Positions 8,547 through 17,811 are shown, counted from the stretch's first letter. The stretch is DNA of 64,000 nt from an uncultured Candidatus Bathyarchaeia archaeon (GCA_964608455.1 CAZSNM010000004.1:1623-65622), one strand, 5' to 3'. Notes: generated by a model from the letters alone, not told the origin. Translations and numbers: made by a program.

Positions 8547-9020
8547 TTAAGGGATTATATCTGGTGGAATAGCCCATAAAATGCTCCATTTTTCTTTTTC
8601 ATCTTTTTCTAAACATACTGTTCCAGCCATTTTAAATTTTAAAACTTCTTTTTCTTCATTACCTATAATTAAAGCTGATGTTAACTTGCTTAAATGAGGT
8701 AAATGTCCAACAAGCATTATATCTTCATTTATACGCTTTATTTTTTCAATCCAAATTTTAACGTTATCTAAGGGGTTTAATCCTTCGCTTTCTTCAATTC
8801 CCTCTTCAGGCTTTAAATATTTACCGTAAATTTCAGCTGTTTGTTTTGCCCTTAATTTTCCGCTATGAAAAATCTTTTTAATTTTTAAATTAAGTTTTGC
8901 GAGGTAGCTGGCAACTTTTTCAGCATTTTTAATTCCTTCTTCAGTTAATGGTCTTAATGGATCTTCATTCTCTTTTTTTGCTTCTCCATGCTGAACTAAA
9001 TAAATCCTCATTTTTATCAA
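8547..9020 (-). CDS. sixA: SixA-like histidine phosphatase family protein
   Basis: Collinear with E. coli SixA: LVQHGEA, RPLT..G, LRAKQT and VGHLP. The canonical RHG motif reads QHG here. Confidence 0.65.
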   Translation of the reverse strand: MIKMRIYLVQHGEAKKENEDPLRPLTEEGIKNAEKVASYLAKLNLKIKKIFHSGKLRAKQTAEIYGKYLKPEEGIEESEGLNPLDNVKIWIEKIKRINEDIMLVGHLPHLSKLTSALIIGNEEKEVLKFKMAGTVCLEKDEKEKWSILWAIPPDIIP

Positions 9021-9203
9021 GCCTAAATTCTAATTGAACATTAAATCATTTTTATAAAATTGAAAAATATTTTTTTTAAAGTTTTATTTTTCAATTATTT
9101 ACATTAAAAATCAGTATTTAATAAATTTTTTGTAAAAATTACAAAGAAAATTTGGAAATGTTTATTAAAAAGTTAATTAGCTTAATGTAAAGATTGATGA
9201 AAA

Positions 9204-10163
9204 TTGCAGGACTCAATGATTAAACAGTTAAATGATTTAACTTCAATATTTAACCTAGAAAAAAAAGAGAAAAAAGCCGTGTTTAAAATTAATACAGGAA
9301 TTTTAAAAATTATGGTTAATAAGCTTGTTGAAAAAGGTTTTTATTGGCTTTTACCTGTTATTTTAGCTAAGTCCACCGATCCATTATGGCCTGACACTCA
9401 AGCAAGCATAGAACAAAGAATAGAAATTGAAATTTATAATGAAAAAGTTAAAACTATGCAAAGCATGATAATTCATAAAAGAATTTTAGTTTCTTCAGGA
9501 ATAGGAAAAATATTCTTTTTATCTCCTAACATTCGAATAGAACGAAGAGAAAGAGCTGAAACTGGAAGGCATCTTTATGAATTTACTCAATTAGATGTTG
9601 AAGCAGCCTATTGGAAAATGGAAGATATTTTTAAGCTTTTCGAGGAACTTATTGTATATTCTATAGCCTATATCAAAAAAAACTTTAATGAAGAACTTGA
9701 AATACTTAAAAGAAAAATTGAAGTTCCTGAAGTTCCATTTAAAATTTTTAAAAGAGCTGAACTTGAAGAAAAATATGGAAAAAACTGGGAATTAACTATT
9801 TCTAAAAGCTTAAAAAATCCTGTTTGGGTAACAAATATACCAAGAGAATTTTATGATTATGAAGATGAGGAAACTGGAGAATGGCGAAACTTTGATTTAA
9901 TATTGCCTGAGGGATATGGTGAAGTTATTTCAGGTGCTGAAAGAGAATATGAATATGAAAAAATAATTAAAAAAATGGAGCGGGATGGTATAAATAAAAA
10001 TGATTATAAAACATTTTTAAGCTTTGCTAAGGAAGGAAAATTAAAACCTTCAACAGGAGCTGGGCTTGGAGTTGAAAGATTTATAAGCTATATTTGTGGA
10101 GTTAAACATGTGGCTGAAGTTCAACCTTTCCCAAGAATTCCAGGTTTTGTTTCTGATCTTTAA
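9204..10163 (+). CDS. AsnRS/AspRS-like class II core without an anticodon-binding domain (archaeal AsnA-type asparagine synthetase candidate)
   Basis: Class II motif 2-like ERAETGRHLYEFTQLDVE and motif 3-like GAGLGVERF. At only about 319 aa, the N-terminal OB fold is absent. Confidence 0.65.
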   Translation: MQDSMIKQLNDLTSIFNLEKKEKKAVFKINTGILKIMVNKLVEKGFYWLLPVILAKSTDPLWPDTQASIEQRIEIEIYNEKVKTMQSMIIHKRILVSSGIGKIFFLSPNIRIERRERAETGRHLYEFTQLDVEAAYWKMEDIFKLFEELIVYSIAYIKKNFNEELEILKRKIEVPEVPFKIFKRAELEEKYGKNWELTISKSLKNPVWVTNIPREFYDYEDEETGEWRNFDLILPEGYGEVISGAEREYEYEKIIKKMERDGINKNDYKTFLSFAKEGKLKPSTGAGLGVERFISYICGVKHVAEVQPFPRIPGFVSDL

Positions 10164-10171
10164 AAAATTAA

Positions 10172-10657
10172 TTAAAGTTTTTTACTTCTTTTAAACATTG
10201 TTATTAAAATTAATGCAATTGTTAAAGATAGAAAAGTAACCGTTAATCTATTAAATTCTGCTACCACCAAGCATGAAATTTGAGTGGTTGCATCAAAATA
10301 GCCTTGTTTGCTTGCAGTTAAATGAATAATATATGTTCCAGCATCAGCATTTTGTGGAATCTTAAATTCATGAGTGAATGTTCCATCTTGAGCTGAATAA
10401 ACTAAAGCTAAATGAATAATGCCTGAAGGAGCATCAACTTGAATTGATATTGAAGCTCCTGAAACAGGATTTCCTAAACCATCCTTAACTATACCATCTA
10501 TTTTAATTGATTCTCCAGCATTATAACTTTCTTTGGATAAGCTTGCTGAAATAAAAAGTGTCTCAGCAGAATAGGCTTTATTAACAATTAATGAAATTGA
10601 TAATAAAACTAAAGCTAAAAAAGCAATGTGTTTAAACAATTGTTTTCCATAAACCAT
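10172..10657 (-). CDS. Secreted, C-terminally membrane-anchored protein with one CarboxypepD_reg/Ig-like domain
   Basis: N-terminal signal-like segment, domain GIVKDGLGNPVSGASISIQV...DGTFTHEF...AGTYIIHLTASKQGY, and a C-terminal hydrophobic helix followed by KRSKKL. Confidence 0.5.
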   Translation of the reverse strand: MVYGKQLFKHIAFLALVLLSISLIVNKAYSAETLFISASLSKESYNAGESIKIDGIVKDGLGNPVSGASISIQVDAPSGIIHLALVYSAQDGTFTHEFKIPQNADAGTYIIHLTASKQGYFDATTQISCLVVAEFNRLTVTFLSLTIALILITMFKRSKKL

Positions 10658-10708
10658 TTTGCTTCTCTCCTTCTCTCTATTTACAGCGTTATTTATTGTT
10701 AAAACAAA

Positions 10709-11839
10709 TTAATTAACTATAAATACAGCATCTGTTGAAGCTAAAAATTTTCCTCCTTTAGAAATTAAATCGTTTGATACAAAAGCTTTAGCTACATAAA
10801 CACCTTTATAAGCATTAGCTGATATTGTAAAGCTAAACCCTATAGTTTTTATTTTTCCATTTTCCAAATCTCCAATATTAAAGTAGACTCCAAGAGGAGT
10901 AGTGTTAGGATCATCTATTTCTACCCATACATAAGCCTTCTCTAATGTAGCGCCGGAGTTTTCTACAGTAACCCATATAATTAATGCTTCTCCTTGAGCA
11001 AACTCTGATTTAATTTCACCATTTAAATCAGTTATATTAACGTTTACAAAATTTATGCTTGGAATATTTGCTTCTCCAATAATAAATGATGCATGGGCAT
11101 AACCGTCTAAATAACCTTCCTTGCTTGCTGTAACAAATACTGTATATGTTCCAGGAATAAATATTGAATAGCCTAATTCCCCAATAGTAAAATTATCAAA
11201 GTATATGCCTAAACTATTTGTTTTTGTTAAAGCTGAATGTACAATATTACCTGATGGGTTAACTACTTGAATTGAAACTTCAATTGATGTAAGAGGATTT
11301 CTAAATTGATCTTGAACGCTTCCAAATATTTTAACAGTTTCATTTTGATTATAACTTGTTTTATCTGTTTGAACATTTACATATAATGTTCGAGTTATTA
11401 ACGTTGAAGTTGTTATTGTTGAGGTTATTGTTGTTTCCAGTTGATTTACTATTAAAGCAGTTTTAGCCCCCTCTTCTTTATCTCCACTTATGGCTATTAT
11501 TGTTATTTCATATGCACCTGCTGGTGTTTGAATAGTTGTAATTATTGTTAATTTTGATTTAAATGGGGTCCTTCCTTTTTCAGGCGTAAATATACCTATT
11601 GAATTTTCTGGAAGACCATTAACTTTTAACATTACTATTTGTGGAAAACGTGTTAAAGATTCAACTTTAATGGAATATATTGTTGTTTCTCCAGCTTTAA
11701 TTGCTCTATAGGAAGGTTCTACACGTATAAGCAAGGGGCTTTCATTTTCATTTGCTAAAATTGTAGGTAGCATTATGCTTAATATAAATAGGGTTAAGTA
11801 TGTTGTTGCAAAAATTTTTTGCTTCAAATATTTTATCAC
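10709..11839 (-). CDS. Secreted multi-domain Ig-like / CarboxypepD_reg-like protein
   Basis: Signal-like N-terminus, a Thr-rich linker, and a domain paralogous to the 10172 and 13095 proteins (GSVQDQFRNPLTSIEVSIQVVNPSGNIVH...GTYTVFVTASKEGY). Confidence 0.5.
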   Translation of the reverse strand: MIKYLKQKIFATTYLTLFILSIMLPTILANENESPLLIRVEPSYRAIKAGETTIYSIKVESLTRFPQIVMLKVNGLPENSIGIFTPEKGRTPFKSKLTIITTIQTPAGAYEITIIAISGDKEEGAKTALIVNQLETTITSTITTSTLITRTLYVNVQTDKTSYNQNETVKIFGSVQDQFRNPLTSIEVSIQVVNPSGNIVHSALTKTNSLGIYFDNFTIGELGYSIFIPGTYTVFVTASKEGYLDGYAHASFIIGEANIPSINFVNVNITDLNGEIKSEFAQGEALIIWVTVENSGATLEKAYVWVEIDDPNTTPLGVYFNIGDLENGKIKTIGFSFTISANAYKGVYVAKAFVSNDLISKGGKFLASTDAVFIVN

Positions 11840-11872
11840 CTTAAGTTTTTATTTCATATTTCTTCTATATAA

Positions 11873-12343
11873 ATGTTTCTGTGTAGTACAAATAAACATG
11901 AACAGAAAAACTATTACGTAACCTCTGCAAAAATTAAATTTAAAACGAAAAGCGAGAAGAAACCTTTGAAAGAAGAAGTTAACATAGATTCTTTAATTAT
12001 TGAGCTTTTAAAAAGAATAAGTAAAAGCTTAGAAGAGTTAAATGAAAAAATTGATAAATTAATTGAAAAAACTAGCTTAATTGAAGTTAAATCAAAAAAA
12101 ATTTCTATAGAAAATTTACCTTTAGATGCAGCAACCCTTCTTTCTCTTCCAGATCATCTTAGAAAAACTGCTATAGCAATTTGTTCTTTAGGAGAAGCTA
12201 CAGCAGAAGAAGTTGCTGAAGAAACCAAAAGAGCAAGAGCTGTTGAAAGCGATTATTTAAATCAATTAGTAGCTTTAGGATATTTAAAAAAGAGAAGAAT
12301 TGGAAAAAAAGTTTATTTTAGTATTGAGGAGAAAAAAGAATGA
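11873..12343 (+). CDS. Winged-helix DNA-binding protein (TrmB/ArsR-like C-terminal domain)
   Basis: C-terminal segment LPDHLRKTAIAICSLGEATAEEVAEETKRARAVESDYLNQLVALGYLKKRRIGKKVYF. The stop overlaps the start of the MinD-like gene (ATGA). The true start is uncertain. Confidence 0.5.
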   Translation: MFLCSTNKHEQKNYYVTSAKIKFKTKSEKKPLKEEVNIDSLIIELLKRISKSLEELNEKIDKLIEKTSLIEVKSKKISIENLPLDAATLLSLPDHLRKTAIAICSLGEATAEEVAEETKRARAVESDYLNQLVALGYLKKRRIGKKVYFSIEEKKE

Positions 12344-13098
12344 AAACTATTGCAATTCACTCTTATAAAGGTGGAACAGGAAAAACCTCTATAGCTGTAA
12401 ATTTAGCAGTCATATATGCTATCAAAGGAAAAAATGTTTGTATATTAGACTATGATTTTAGAGCTCCAAGCCTTCAAATTATTTTTAAAGAAAATCCAAG
12501 ATTCTGGTTAAATGATTTTTTAGAAGGAAACATTAGCCTTCAAGATGCTTTAATCGAGTTAAGTAACAAATATAATTTTAAAGGTAAGCTTCTAGCTGGT
12601 TTTGCTAATCCTAATGTTCAAGCTTTAAGAAGCATGATGACAAAAGATAGAGTTTGGGAAATGAGAGCTTTACATAAAACGCTTTCAGCTAAAAGAAGCC
12701 TTAATCAAAAAATGGGAATCGACATTTTAATTTTTGATACAAGCCCAGGAATGATTTATTCTTCAATAAATGCTTTGGCAAGTTCAGATTTAATCTTTAT
12801 AGTTATGAAAGGGGATGAATTTGATTTAGAAGGAACAAAAGAGCTTATAAATGGTTTATATGAAGTTTTAGGAAAGAAAGCTCAAATAATTCTTAATAAA
12901 ATCCCTTTAAATTATTTTAGTAATGAAGCTTCTGAAAAACTTAAATCTTTAATTCAGGAAAAGCTTGGTTTACCTATAGCTGGTTTAATTCCATGCGATT
13001 GTAATCTTTTAGCTACCGGAGGAAAATCAATTGTTGCTATTAACCAACCAAACCATCCTTTCGTTAAAGCTATCTTAAATATAGCTGAAAAAATTTAA
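12340..13098 (+). CDS. MinD/ParA family P-loop ATPase
   Basis: Deviant Walker A SYKGGTGKTS and a Walker B-like ILIFDTSPG. About 250 aa. Confidence 0.8.
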   Translation: MKTIAIHSYKGGTGKTSIAVNLAVIYAIKGKNVCILDYDFRAPSLQIIFKENPRFWLNDFLEGNISLQDALIELSNKYNFKGKLLAGFANPNVQALRSMMTKDRVWEMRALHKTLSAKRSLNQKMGIDILIFDTSPGMIYSSINALASSDLIFIVMKGDEFDLEGTKELINGLYEVLGKKAQIILNKIPLNYFSNEASEKLKSLIQEKLGLPIAGLIPCDCNLLATGGKSIVAINQPNHPFVKAILNIAEKI

Positions 13099-14018
13099 TG
13101 TTTTTCTCTCTTAAGTTTTTCTTCATATTCTTCTCGAAGTTTTTCATATTCTTCATCACTAATTTTTCCTTGAGCTTTAAGCTCTTCAATCCTAGCTAAG
13201 GCTCTGGCATAAGCTAAATATTTTCGATCAAATTTTAACTCTCTTCCTTTTTTTACTTTTCTTAAAAAAACTAGTAAAGTTAAAACAAAAGCAATTGTAA
13301 AAAAGATTGTTAAAACAGAAATTGAGCTTAAATTAAATTCATTTTTTACTACTATAACCATAATATTTGCATATTTAACTTTACCCCCTCCAGCACCAAC
13401 TATGGTTACATTATACCTTCCAGCTTTAGCTTCTTTAGAAGCTTCAATGGTTAACTTAGATGATTTAAATGGGGTTATGAAGGTTTGATTTAAGGAATAT
13501 TGAATATCTTTAGGAACATTAGAAACTTGAAGTAAAACAGTGATATTTAATGGTTTACTGGGAATTAAACTGATTAAAATTTGCTGTTTTTCTCCCTGCT
13601 TTAACTCTATAACATTTGGAGAAGCGACAATTAAAAAATCTGAAAAGAAAAAGCTTAAAGAAATTTTAGTTTGAAAATCTTCATAACCCGCTTTACTAAC
13701 AATCATATATACGCTATAGTTTCCTTCAGGAGCATCGCTGGATAAAGAAAATTCATCTTTAAATGTTCCATTTCTACTTGAGTAAACTAAAGCCACATGA
13801 ATAACGCTTCCATTAGGATTATTAACTTGAATTGATATAAGTGCATTTTGAATTGGATAACCCGCTTCATTAGAAACTTTACCAGTTATAACAATTAATT
13901 CTCCAAAATCTGTTGAAAAATGATTTACAGAAACTGAAACAAGCATTTTGCTTAAGGCTAATACATAAGGTGAAGAAGAAAGCGTTAAAAAGATAAGAAA
14001 TATTGAGATAGCCTTCAC
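13095..14018 (-). CDS. Type I membrane protein with two Ig-like ectodomains and a cytoplasmic SHOCT-like tail
   Basis: Paralogous domain ISIQVNNPNGSVIHVALVYSSRNGTFKDEF...GNYSVYMIVSKAGY, then a TM helix, then the tail IEELKAQGKISDEEYEKLREEY. I prefer the GTG start at 14018 because AGGAG lies about 8 nt upstream and it yields a clean signal peptide (MKAISIFLIF...). The ORF track extends to 14087 and would then overlap the next gene. Confidence 0.5.
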   Translation of the reverse strand: MKAISIFLIFLTLSSSPYVLALSKMLVSVSVNHFSTDFGELIVITGKVSNEAGYPIQNALISIQVNNPNGSVIHVALVYSSRNGTFKDEFSLSSDAPEGNYSVYMIVSKAGYEDFQTKISLSFFFSDFLIVASPNVIELKQGEKQQILISLIPSKPLNITVLLQVSNVPKDIQYSLNQTFITPFKSSKLTIEASKEAKAGRYNVTIVGAGGGKVKYANIMVIVVKNEFNLSSISVLTIFFTIAFVLTLLVFLRKVKKGRELKFDRKYLAYARALARIEELKAQGKISDEEYEKLREEYEEKLKREKH

Positions 14019-14044
14019 GTTTTTTCTCCTTTCCCATTTAAGAT

Positions 14045-14434
14045 TCAGCTTATTAACCAATTTATTAAATCTTTTGGATTCTCGCAAAGCACTTTTATTG
14101 AAATAGGGCCTAAAGGCGATTCAGCTTCAGGTTGACAAAAAGAGATATGATTTGAAAAAGCAACCTGCTTGTTTAAGTAAAAAATTAATTCTTTATTTTG
14201 AATTGAAGAAATAAGCATGGCTTTAGCAGCATCTCTAATCTTTTCTTTCTCTAGTAAACTTTTAAAATTTTCTAAAACCTTTAAGGATTTTCCTTCACCT
14301 TTTAGTTTTAATGGGTTATCCTCAACCTTGAAAAATTCTATTTCTGGAAAAATATTTTTTAAAGCATGCCTTACTTTTTCTTCATCTTCAGTAGGATAAA
14401 CTGAAGCTTCTACATAAACCGTTACTTCATTCAT
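14045..14434 (-). CDS. UPF0201 family protein (COG1931, putative RNA-binding)
   Basis: The N-terminus VYVEASVYPTEDEEKV is typical of UPF0201. It overlaps the upstream UPF0200 kinase-like gene, a pairing conserved in archaea. Confidence 0.55.
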   Translation of the reverse strand: MNEVTVYVEASVYPTEDEEKVRHALKNIFPEIEFFKVEDNPLKLKGEGKSLKVLENFKSLLEKEKIRDAAKAMLISSIQNKELIFYLNKQVAFSNHISFCQPEAESPLGPISIKVLCENPKDLINWLIS

Positions 14435-14993
14435 TTTCTTTAATCTCCTTTAAAATATTTAATGCTTTTAAAAAAAAGTTTTCTATTAAATCTTCATTAA
14501 TAATCATTTTATCAGCTAAAGCGATAACTTCCCCAATTCCAAGCTTTAATTCTTTTTCATCTCTAGAAGAAAATTCTTCATAGGTTTTAGGATCATCCTC
14601 TCTACTGCGCATTTTTAATCTTTCAAATCTAACTTTAGGAGATGCATGAATTGCTAAAATCTTAACATTTTTAAAATGTTTTTTTAACTCCTCCACTTCA
14701 GCTCTACTTCTAACTCCTTCTACAACAGCCACCTCTTTATTATCCATCATAATTTTAGGAATTAATTTTTTAACAACAGCAGCTGCACCATTTTTTTCTC
14801 TAATTTCGATCATAATTTTGCTTAAATTTTCATGCGTTAAAGATAAACCTTTTTTGATAGCTTCCTCTCTAATTACATCTCCGCATGAATAAACTGGAAG
14901 ATTAAGGTTAATAGCTGCTTTAGAAACTAAACTTTTTCCTGAACCAGGCATGCCTACAATTGCAATCAATTTTTTATTCTCCATATTTATCAT
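14427..14993 (-). CDS. UPF0200 / nucleoside-monophosphate-kinase-like P-loop protein
   Basis: P-loop GMPGSGKS in an adenylate/dephospho-CoA-kinase-like fold of about 188 aa. Confidence 0.65.
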   Translation of the reverse strand: MINMENKKLIAIVGMPGSGKSLVSKAAINLNLPVYSCGDVIREEAIKKGLSLTHENLSKIMIEIREKNGAAAVVKKLIPKIMMDNKEVAVVEGVRSRAEVEELKKHFKNVKILAIHASPKVRFERLKMRSREDDPKTYEEFSSRDEKELKLGIGEVIALADKMIINEDLIENFFLKALNILKEIKENE

Positions 14994-15064
14994 TTTCCAA
15001 AACCTTAATTATTAACTTTAAAACCCATTATAAATTGATAAAATCAACTTAAGGTTTTTAAAAA

Positions 15065-15964
15065 ATGAAAAATTTACCTTCACCTAAAGAATATTTAAAC
15101 TTAATTGAAGAAATTGAAAATCTTCTTTTAAAGGAGAGGGAGACCGGATTTTTTGGTAAAGGGAAAGTTAATAAAGGTTTAGTTAAAATTGAAGCTAAAG
15201 AAAAACTTATTGTTATTGGAGATATTCATGGAGATCTTCAAAGCTTAAACTATATTGTCAAAGAAAGCAAATTCTTAAAGTCAAAGCATTCAATAATAAT
15301 TTTTTTGGGAGATTATGTTGATAGAGGGGAATTCTCGCCTCAAGTACTATATAAAATTTTATCTTTAAAACTTCATTTTCCAAATAGAGTTGTAGTTTTA
15401 AGGGGAAATCATGAGGGACCTGAAGATCTTCAAGCTATTCCACATGATTTACCAAATCAATTTTTTAATATTTATAAAGAGAATGGAAGAAAAATCTATT
15501 TTACAATTAAAAAGTTATTTAATATTCTTCCTCATGTGGCTTTGGTTGAAGGGAAATACCTGTTTCTGCATGGTGGGCCTCCTCATAACGCTTCTTCACT
15601 AGAGGATTATGCTAATGCTTATGAAATGCATCCAGAAAAAAGCTTTCTTGAAGAAATTTTATGGAATGATCCAATAGAAAATTTTGAGGGTGTTTTACCA
15701 TCTCCAAGAGGAGCTGGAAAACTTTTTGGAGAAAACATTACAAATAATGCTTTAAAAGTTTCAGGTGCTAAAATAATTATTAGAGGGCATGAACCTAAAG
15801 ATGAAGGGTTTGGTTTTAACCATAATGGTAAAGTGTTAACTTTATTTTCTAGACTCGGTTCACCATATTTTAATTCTTCAGCAAGTTATCTTGAAATAAA
15901 CTCGAAAACTGAAAATTTTATAATTAAAAAGTTTACTCGAGAATATAAAAGTAAAGTTAATTAA
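15065..15964 (+). CDS. PPP-family serine/threonine protein phosphatase (metallophosphoesterase)
   Basis: Motifs GDIHGD, GDYVDRG and RGNHE occur in the canonical order. Confidence 0.8.
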   Translation: MKNLPSPKEYLNLIEEIENLLLKERETGFFGKGKVNKGLVKIEAKEKLIVIGDIHGDLQSLNYIVKESKFLKSKHSIIIFLGDYVDRGEFSPQVLYKILSLKLHFPNRVVVLRGNHEGPEDLQAIPHDLPNQFFNIYKENGRKIYFTIKKLFNILPHVALVEGKYLFLHGGPPHNASSLEDYANAYEMHPEKSFLEEILWNDPIENFEGVLPSPRGAGKLFGENITNNALKVSGAKIIIRGHEPKDEGFGFNHNGKVLTLFSRLGSPYFNSSASYLEINSKTENFIIKKFTREYKSKVN

Positions 15965-15971
15965 TTTTTCA

Positions 15972-17420
15972 TTATTCTAATCCCGTGCTTTTAGGTAAAA
16001 GTACATCATGCGGACTTGCTTCTTGAATTCCTAAACTTGTTAAAGCAGCCAGCTTAGCTTTTTCCCATAATTCTTGAATATTTCTTGCACCAGCGTAACC
16101 CATTGCTGCTTGTAATCCAGCTTTTAATTCTTGAACTAAAGTTTCTACTTCGCCTTTATATGGAACCCACCCCTCTACACCTTCAGCCACCTCTTTAGCT
16201 CCGCTATAACGATCTATAGAGAAACGTTTTGCCATAGCTGATGGGCTGCCCATTCCCCTATATTGTTTATAATATCTTCCACCTATAGCTACTAATGTTC
16301 CTGGTGATTCTTTACATCTAGCAAAAAGGTTTCCAATCATTACTGCTGAAGCTCCTAAAGCTAAAGCTAAAGCAATATCTCCCCCACTTCTTATCCCCCC
16401 ATCAGCTATAACAGGTATTTTAGCATCATAATTTTTTACAGCCTCAGCTGCTTGAGCTGTTGCATATAATGTTGGCGCTCCAGCTTTTGTAACTTCAGTA
16501 GTTGTACATATTGAACCTGAACCTATTCCAACCCTTAACCCTGCTACTTTATCAAGTTTTGTAATAACGTCTTCAGCAGCTTTATAGGTTCCTATATTCC
16601 CTACGATAACATCAGCCGATACATTTGAAAGAATTTTTTTTGTTGCACTAAAAACTTTTGAGTTATGAAAATGAGCCACATCAATAACAAGTATGTCAAC
16701 AACTTTATCGAGTCTCTCAGCTCTTTCAAAATCAAATGGTGATACTGCTGCACCGCAAAGCAGTTTTCCTTCTTCATCTCTAGAGGCGTTAGGAAACTTT
16801 CCTCTAAGCAATATATCCTTCACAGTTATTAAACCTTTAAGTCGTCCCCCCTCATCTACCAAAGGTAATTTTTCTATTCTATGCTTATGAAGTATTTCTT
16901 TAGCTTCCTCAAGGCTTATTCCATAAGGTGCTGTAATAACATTTTTAGTCATTAAATCCTTAACTTTAAGGGATGGATCAGCAAATCTAACGTCTCTTCC
17001 AGTTAATATTCCAACAACTTTTTCATTTTCAACAACTGGTAAACCTGATATAGATTTTTCCTTCATTATTTTTAAGGCAGTTGCTATACTTTCCTCCGGA
17101 GAAACTGTATATACATCCTTTATTATAGTTGCTTCTGCTCTTTTTACTTTTTCAGCCATTTCAACCTGTTCTTTAATAGAACAATTTCTATGAAGTATCC
17201 CCAGTCCACCCTGTCTAGCTAAGGCTATAGCCATTTCGCTTTCAGTAACTGTATCCATAGGTGAAGAAATAAATGGAACATTTATAGAATAGTTTTTTGT
17301 AGCTTTAGTTTTAACATCAACCTCTTTAGGATCTACTTCAGTCCAACCTGGAAGCAAAATAACATCTCGAAAAGTTATTGCAATCTCGATGTTTTTTAAT
17401 TTATTTAGAAATTCAGGCAA
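15972..17420 (-). CDS. guaB: IMP dehydrogenase with a CBS pair
   Basis: Catalytic loop GIGSGSICTT, CBS segments, and the conserved GGIRSGGDIALALALGA. Confidence 0.95.
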   Translation of the reverse strand: MPEFLNKLKNIEIAITFRDVILLPGWTEVDPKEVDVKTKATKNYSINVPFISSPMDTVTESEMAIALARQGGLGILHRNCSIKEQVEMAEKVKRAEATIIKDVYTVSPEESIATALKIMKEKSISGLPVVENEKVVGILTGRDVRFADPSLKVKDLMTKNVITAPYGISLEEAKEILHKHRIEKLPLVDEGGRLKGLITVKDILLRGKFPNASRDEEGKLLCGAAVSPFDFERAERLDKVVDILVIDVAHFHNSKVFSATKKILSNVSADVIVGNIGTYKAAEDVITKLDKVAGLRVGIGSGSICTTTEVTKAGAPTLYATAQAAEAVKNYDAKIPVIADGGIRSGGDIALALALGASAVMIGNLFARCKESPGTLVAIGGRYYKQYRGMGSPSAMAKRFSIDRYSGAKEVAEGVEGWVPYKGEVETLVQELKAGLQAAMGYAGARNIQELWEKAKLAALTSLGIQEASPHDVLLPKSTGLE

Positions 17421-17737
17421 ACCTCAAACCTCAACAGTTAATTTTAAACTGCTTTATTCAAATAGTTAATAATAAACTTTTTTAAAGGCTTCATATAACG
17501 TAAAAATGCTTATAATGTTAGCCGCCTATAATGATCTTTAAAGTTTCATTTAAAAACTTTAAAATATTTATTTCTAAATCCTTTTACATAAAGCTAAAAA
17601 TAAATATATTTTCTTTAAATTTAAATTATCTTTTGTAACAGCAAAAGCAACATGCGCAATACTTGCAGTTGTAAAATGAAGCTATTATGTTTAAAAAAGT
17701 TTAATTACAGGTAGTTTTTACTGTAGATAGATTTAAC

Positions 17738-17770
17738 AAAAAAATACTTCTAGAGCATGAAACTCTAGAA
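17738..17770 (-). terminator. Hairpin plus T-tract downstream of the 17812-18177 gene
   Basis: TTCTAGAG (17748-17755) and CTCTAGAA (17763-17770) form an 8-bp stem with a 7-nt loop. On the minus strand this is followed by T7 (the A-run at 17738-17744). Confidence 0.4.
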
Positions 17771-17811
17771 ACTTTAATTTCAATTGAACCAAATGAAAAA
17801 TTTGAACAGAA

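Noticed and set aside
14019-14087. N-terminal 23-codon extension of the 13095 gene given in the ORF track
   Set aside because: The extension would overlap the UPF0201 gene by 43 nt and put a basic, non-signal segment before the signal peptide. The GTG at 14018, preceded by AGGAG, gives a standard signal sequence.
17652-17714. 20-codon Cys-rich mini-ORF (MRNTCSCKMKLLCLKKFNYR) in the guaB upstream gap
   Set aside because: It is too short and has no SD-like motif or other support. It coincides with the hairpin-forming sequence, so an RNA-level explanation is as good.
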